From NCBI GenBank assembly GCA_048013815.1, contig CM106586.1, positions 8,990,001-9,054,000 on the forward strand: a DNA stretch of 64,000 nucleotides, given 5' to 3'. Source of the stretch: Setoptus koraiensis (taxonomy: Eukaryota; Animalia; Arthropoda). Below, piece after piece: positions 63,544-64,000 of this stretch; the first letter of the stretch is position 1; every line of letters begins with the position of its first letter. A program made the position numbers and the translations under genes. The notes under the pieces are model-generated. The model searched no databases and was not told the DNA's origin. It was given only the letters and a program-made list of their open reading frames with translations.

Positions 63544-64000
63544 ATGAATAATCAGCGCGAACTCAAGTCCAAGAACTTGAGGGAGGCCCGACAGCAACTG
63601 GAAGAACTAGATGCCTTATTAAAAGCCAAAACAAATGAATTGCGAGATCTGAGAAAGCAACGCAAAGACTTAGAAAATCGCATTGAATCCATTAAGACAT
63701 CCTTAGGAAACTTGGACGACCAAGGTGAAGACTTGGCCAATCTACAATTTGATAGTGACGCATATCCGTGGTCGCACGAGGTCAATAGTAAACTGAGAAG
63801 AGTGTTCAATATTCAAAAATTTCGACATCTTCAGCGGACCGTGATTAATTGTACTCTTAGTGATAAAGATTGCATTTATGTGGCAGCCACGGGTAGTGGC
63901 AAGAGTCTTGTCTTTCAATTGCCTGCCTTAATATCTGAAGGTATCACAATTGTTGTCTCACCCCTACTGTCCCTCATGGAGGATCAAGTTACTCAATTAG
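63544..64000 (+). CDS. RECQL: RecQ1-type DNA helicase, 5' part (runs off the window; absent from the ORF track)
   Basis: ATG 63544; coiled-coil N-terminus; YPWSHEV..VFNIQKFRHLQ; motif I ATGSGKSLVFQLPAL; motif Ia VVSPLLSLMEDQV. Confidence 0.9.
   Translation, partial: MNNQRELKSKNLREARQQLEELDALLKAKTNELRDLRKQRKDLENRIESIKTSLGNLDDQGEDLANLQFDSDAYPWSHEVNSKLRRVFNIQKFRHLQRTVINCTLSDKDCIYVAATGSGKSLVFQLPALISEGITIVVSPLLSLMEDQVTQL

Overview
Eukaryotic genomic DNA, not prokaryotic. The gene set and the compact, intron-poor genes suggest an arthropod, probably a mite (inference). The window has two compartments. (1) 1-48 kb is mostly non-coding, microsatellite- and GC-patch-rich DNA holding one large + strand RhoGEF gene, the Trio/Kalirin second DH-PH module. 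It has a probable remote first exon (18.4-20.7 kb), a ~21 kb intron and a DH domain split by a ~270-aa low-complexity insertion. Nested antisense in that intron are two near-identical copies of a small signal-peptide, cysteine-rich ORF. (2) 48-64 kb is tightly packed, mostly intronless housekeeping genes: ABCF2, PSMB2, tRNA-Ala(TGC), BCKDHA, an ALMS-motif protein, a domesticated BED-finger/hAT gene, ARH3 and the start of RECQL, plus a Tc1/mariner HTH relic. The most striking object is a 1692-bp non-autonomous hAT-type element (60403-62094) with long TIRs and a perfect 8-bp TSD (ATGTGATG). Its cargo is not a transposase but an unidentified ~1.4-kb segment open on both strands in codon register (ambigrammatic). 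That property is best known from narna-like RNA viruses, so the cargo may be a captured viral fragment (inference, untested).
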